In this document: positions 60,395 through 64,000 of the stretch, piece after piece
How positions within the stretch are numbered: the first letter of the stretch is position 1
How the letters are laid out: each line of letters starts with the position of its first letter
Program-made: the position numbers and the translations under genes
Assembly (NCBI GenBank): GCA_963716175.1
Contig: OY970296.1
Location: 832,001 to 896,000 of the forward strand
Length of the DNA stretch: 64,000 bases
From: an uncultured Armatimonadetes bacterium
GTDB taxonomy: Bacteria > Armatimonadota > Hebobacteria > Hebobacterales > Hebobacteraceae
Direction of reading: 5' to 3'
Notes under the pieces: model-generated
Told to the model about the DNA's origin: nothing
Database searches by the model: none
What the model saw: the letters and a program-made list of their open reading frames with translations, nothing else

Positions 60395-60787
60395 CTACCA
60401 GGGAATCACGGGCGGCTGGGGGCCGAAGTAGATGAGATGCGCCGGGCAGCGGCAGTCGCTCGATCCGAAGCCGCGCACGACCACCTGAGCCTCCGGCTGG
60501 GCGAGCACAGCCCGATTGCGCTCGCATTCCATATTGTCCGTGGTCGCGATCGCGATCACCGTCACGAGCTCAGCCCTGCGCAGCAGGAAGTCAATGTGCC
60601 ATCGCAGCCTTTTCCTCCGCTTACGATGCCGCGCGAGACGGGCCTCGAGGCCATTCATCGCGCTTCCGGTATAGACGTAGTAGCCTGCGGGGAAACTGAA
60701 CTCACCGAGCTGGCCAACGCGGATCGCGGTATCCGCCTGGAGGCGGAGAACGAGATGATAGATGCCGGAGGTGCGCTCCGGTCTCAT
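60395..60787 (-). CDS. GIY-YIG nuclease family protein (DUF123)
   Basis: GIYHL, GYYVYTGSA..GL.ARL.RH, WHIDFL, GFGSSDC.C..HL. Confidence 0.88.
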   Translation of the reverse strand: MRPERTSGIYHLVLRLQADTAIRVGQLGEFSFPAGYYVYTGSAMNGLEARLARHRKRRKRLRWHIDFLLRRAELVTVIAIATTDNMECERNRAVLAQPEAQVVVRGFGSSDCRCPAHLIYFGPQPPVIPW

Positions 60788-62283
60788 GGGAAGGATACCC
60801 GCAGCTCTACAGAGATCACTTCATCGCCAGCGACCTGGCACGGCCCCCGCGTCTGGCGTAGAGCCGCTAACTGGCCGCTCGCCGTGGTCGCAGCCTGGGG
60901 ATGGATGCGCCCGGGCGGAACCAGATGCAAGTGGGCGCGAGCGCCGCGGTAAGACGTCTCAAATCCGCCATCAGCCAGCGCTTGCAGATTGCGGAAAAGG
61001 AAGTTCGCGGGCACGAGCTGGGCAAGGGAAGCCCGGCGCCGGAACCTGATCTCATCCCGGCAGACGAAGCCATCGGAGGCGAACTCGAAGCTGCGCACAT
61101 GCTGCGCCAGCGCCGAGACGCCTGCCAGGCCGGACTCGGTCAGCCGATATCCCAGTTGCTCTCGGAACGGGTAAGACCTGCCGTTGGCCAGCACCCCATA
61201 GGGCAACGGCATTTCCTCTGGATCAGTCCTTCTCTCCGCGCCATAGCACGGGAAAAGCGACACGCCATCTGCACAGACATAGGGAAAAGCGAGATCATTG
61301 GTCGAGGCGCCGCCCGGGCGGGCAAGAACGGCGGTATAGCGACCTTGCTGCCACAGCTTGAAGTCAGGGTGAGCCGGGGCCGAGTCTACCTCGCCGAGCA
61401 AAGCCATCGCCGGGCGGGCCGCCTTGAGCAGAAAGCACCCCAGGAACGGCAGGTAGTCGGCGTAGCGGTTGTAGCTGTACCAACCCGGGCGAAGCTCCGG
61501 TGACCAGGGCTCGGCCGGCTCCTCCTCCCGCAGCACCAGCGGGAAGGAGCCATCGGGCCGTCGGAATCTGAGGAGGTGGCCGAAGACCCGATCGGCAGCG
61601 GCGCGCAGAGGCTCTTGGCCGGTGATCTGCGCCGCGGCTTCGAGGAGAAAGATGAGCGCGCCGTATCCGAAGATCTGCTCTTGGCCGCGTCCCACGTAGA
61701 TGGCATCGCCGCTGGGCAGGACGAAGGGCGCGATGAAGTGGGCCGCACGCGCCGCGGCGCGGCCCGCCCACCGCCACCTGCGGCGGCGCCAGAGGTCCGT
61801 GAGCAAGGCTCCACAGAAGGCATGGTAGGCAAACGACCTGACACCGGGCCTGTCTGCGATGAAGCCCCTGCGCGCGTAGCGCAGGAGTGCAGCCCGCCCG
61901 TCGAGCGCCCCTCTTGCCGCCGGCACAGGCGGGCCCTCTTCTGCGCGGCAGACCGCCCTCAACAGCATCCAGTTCGCGGAGTGGCGTCGCCCGAAGCGCA
62001 GCCGCTCGAGCAGCGGCCTCACTGGCGCGGGCGCGCAGCCTGCACAGCTGAGGAGCGCGTAGGCATTGAACTCGCCATGGGTCCGGGGCGAATGCTCTAC
62101 CAGCCGCTGCCAGGCCTGCTCCGCCTGTTGCGCGAATTCCCCGCCGAAGTGGGACCAGAGCCAGAGGGAGAAGGCGACGCCGTAATGGTCGGGCCCAGGG
62201 AAGCTGCCATCCGGCCGCTGCCGCTCTGCCAGATAGCGAGCGATCTGGTGCGCCACCTCTTCGTAGTCGTCGCGCGGCGGCAT
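60784..62283 (-). CDS. hypothetical protein (alpha/alpha toroid-like N-terminus, beta-rich C-terminus)
   Basis: QRPDGSF and RRPDGSFP repeats, AYHAF, GRGQEQIFGY; stop overlaps next ATG. Confidence 0.65.
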   Translation of the reverse strand: MPPRDDYEEVAHQIARYLAERQRPDGSFPGPDHYGVAFSLWLWSHFGGEFAQQAEQAWQRLVEHSPRTHGEFNAYALLSCAGCAPAPVRPLLERLRFGRRHSANWMLLRAVCRAEEGPPVPAARGALDGRAALLRYARRGFIADRPGVRSFAYHAFCGALLTDLWRRRRWRWAGRAAARAAHFIAPFVLPSGDAIYVGRGQEQIFGYGALIFLLEAAAQITGQEPLRAAADRVFGHLLRFRRPDGSFPLVLREEEPAEPWSPELRPGWYSYNRYADYLPFLGCFLLKAARPAMALLGEVDSAPAHPDFKLWQQGRYTAVLARPGGASTNDLAFPYVCADGVSLFPCYGAERRTDPEEMPLPYGVLANGRSYPFREQLGYRLTESGLAGVSALAQHVRSFEFASDGFVCRDEIRFRRRASLAQLVPANFLFRNLQALADGGFETSYRGARAHLHLVPPGRIHPQAATTASGQLAALRQTRGPCQVAGDEVISVELRVSFP

Positions 62284-62481
62284 TTCCCGGGCCGACTACG
62301 CCGCCCACGCGGCCGGCCCCTGCGCCAGTCTTTCGGAGAGCGAGCGCTGAATGTGGAAGGAGTGCATGGAGGGCGGGCCGGCCCTGTGCCTGTCAGTCGT
62401 TGCCGGGTGATAACGCTATCGCCCGGAGGTTGGCGTGGCCGGTTATGCTACGTCCAGGCCAGTATGGAATGAGGGCACGAA

Positions 62482-63219
62482 ATGTGGGCCGACAGCTACC
62501 TTGACCTGCTGATCGCGAAGCTGGAGGAAGTGAGGGCCGCGGAGAGTTCGTCAATGACCAAGGCGGCCAGGGCGATGGCCAAGGCCCTCACCCAGGGCGG
62601 CATGATCTGGGTTTTTGGCTGCGGACACAGCGCGGCCCTGAGCATGGACATCTTCTACCGCGTGGGTGGACTGATGCTGGTGCAGCCGATCTTCGACGAG
62701 CGAGTTCTGCTTCATCACCGGCCGGTGACCGAGACCTCCGAATGGGAGCGCAAAGAAGGATGGGCGCCCAAGCTGTTCCAGGACTCTGGCGCTGGCCCCG
62801 ACGATGTCATGATCGTGCTCTCCACCAGTGGCCGCAATGGCGCCCCCGTAGACATGGCCCTGGCCTCCAAGCAGGCAGGCCTGCAGGTGATCGCGGTCAC
62901 CTCCCGGGCCTATTCGTCTTCCCAGCCCTCGCGCCATTCCAGTGGAAAGCGGGTGCATGAGGTCGCTGACATCGTGATAGATAACCACGCCCGGCCCGGC
63001 GACGCCGAGGTCGCGCTGCCAGGCCTGGAGCAGAGAGTGGGGCCGATGTCAACCGCGGTGGGCGCCGCCATCCTGCAGGCGCTCGTGGTGCAAACAGTCG
63101 CGGAGCTGCTGGCACGAGGAGAGACCCCGCCGGTGTTCGTCAGCGCAAACCTGCCGGGCGGAGACGAGTACAACCAGGCCGTGTTCGCCAAGTACCGGGA
63201 CAGAATCCGGTATCTGTAA
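62482..63219 (+). CDS. SIS domain protein (UPF0309-like sugar isomerase)
   Basis: FGCGHS, FYRVGGL, STSGRN..PVDMA, SRHSSGK, PPVFVSAN. Confidence 0.9.
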   Translation: MWADSYLDLLIAKLEEVRAAESSSMTKAARAMAKALTQGGMIWVFGCGHSAALSMDIFYRVGGLMLVQPIFDERVLLHHRPVTETSEWERKEGWAPKLFQDSGAGPDDVMIVLSTSGRNGAPVDMALASKQAGLQVIAVTSRAYSSSQPSRHSSGKRVHEVADIVIDNHARPGDAEVALPGLEQRVGPMSTAVGAAILQALVVQTVAELLARGETPPVFVSANLPGGDEYNQAVFAKYRDRIRYL

Positions 63220-63248
63220 CCAGCAGTCGCGGCGGAGGGGGGAACCAG

Positions 63249-64000
63249 ATGGCAGCAAGAGTAGGAACCATTCATCTGGCGCCATGCTTCCCTTGCCATT
63301 CGTTCGGCGCCGATCACGGGCTCAACTTCAGCCAGGTCTTCGCGCTCTTCCGCCAGCACCTGGAGGTCTGTCGGCAAGATGCCGGCTATCATCTCACCCT
63401 CCCGGACTCCCACTGGCTGCGGGCGTTCCTGGCCGTGCATGGCGAGGAGAGAGAGTTCGTCAGAGATCTGGTGGCAGGGGGCCGCCTGCAGCTCGGCGGC
63501 AGCTACCATCAGCCCTGCGCGGCTGGCCTTGAGGTAGAGGGCATGATCCGCGACCTGCAGCAGGGCCGGCGCTACGTCGAGGAGTTGAGGCAGCTTGCCC
63601 GCAGCACCGCTGCGCCGGAGGCCCTGCCTGAGATGTGCCTCTCCCTCGCTGGGTGCGACGATTACCCTCAACTCCCCCAGATTGCAGCCAAGATGGGTTT
63701 CCAGGCCTCGGTCTGCTCGCCAGTCGCCCCCGACATTCCTCCCCTCGGCTTTGCCATCGCGCCCGACGGCAGCCAACTGCTGCAGATGCAGACGCCTTGC
63801 CGAGCCTATCCCGACAGCCTGGATGAGCTGCTGAAATGGTCGCGCGAGGGAGCTGCGTCGCAGGGCGCGCTCGCCTTCAGTCATGACCTGGTGCTGTTGA
63901 GCTCCGGTCGGGCAGGGCTCCCGGATTGGCTCATCGGCCCCCGGGAGGAGTCGGCCGAGGGGCTCCCTCCAGTCACGATCAGCACACCGCAGCACTACCT
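63249..64000 (+). CDS. divergent glycoside hydrolase family 38 N-terminal-like protein (partial, runs off window)
   Basis: Manual translation MAARVGTIHLAP...VRDLVAGGRLQLGGSYHQP...EGMIRDLQQG..Y...PQLPQI...APDGS; no stop before the edge. Confidence 0.65.
   Translation, partial: MAARVGTIHLAPCFPCHSFGADHGLNFSQVFALFRQHLEVCRQDAGYHLTLPDSHWLRAFLAVHGEEREFVRDLVAGGRLQLGGSYHQPCAAGLEVEGMIRDLQQGRRYVEELRQLARSTAAPEALPEMCLSLAGCDDYPQLPQIAAKMGFQASVCSPVAPDIPPLGFAIAPDGSQLLQMQTPCRAYPDSLDELLKWSREGAASQGALAFSHDLVLLSSGRAGLPDWLIGPREESAEGLPPVTISTPQHY

Noticed and set aside
60395-60787. GIY-YIG as a homing endonuclease or mobile element
   Set aside because: Short stand-alone DUF123 type with no intron or terminal repeats
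62910-63995. 361-aa minus-strand ORF
   Set aside because: Antisense shadow of the SIS gene and the plus-strand GH38-like ORF

Overview
High-GC bacterial chromosomal segment, mostly housekeeping. SLH-anchored beta-propeller proteins, a TolC-type outer-membrane factor and Firmicutes-like gene order suggest Armatimonadota or a similar diderm Terrabacteria lineage (inference). The left half is a long minus-strand run: holB(partial)-darA-tmk-endonuclease Q-udk-dut-LysM/NlpC, two orphan Mrp/Nuo-like membrane subunits, alr, a two-component system, queA, hpf, ispDF, yacL, radA, clpC, ilvE and tRNA-Ser(GCT). The right half holds a GT39-TPR/C39 peptidase/TPR lipoprotein/PA2779-like cluster, tkt, DUF58/DUF4129, tspO, a URO-D family protein, a 10-repeat NHL-like SLH protein, a ycf45-like ATPase, ltaE, a cusCBA efflux operon, a TPR-MBL protein, moeB/thiF, an MFS transporter, a GIY-YIG protein, a SIS protein and a degenerate GH38 start. 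Five or six genes carry single-base frameshifts at short base runs, most likely assembly errors. About 12 GTAG-type REP hairpins are present. No CRISPR, rRNA, integrase or transposase was seen. Best candidates for novelty: (1) a single-gene TPR-array + metallo-beta-lactamase-fold protein whose 120-bp repeats are nearly identical except at a few hypervariable codons; (2) the PA2778/PA2779-like peptidase module linked to a GT39 glycosyltransferase; (3) a Cys-less YHS domain inserted in CusA; (4) a secreted protein with pseudomurein-binding-like repeats. All family calls come from motif recognition by eye, not database searches.
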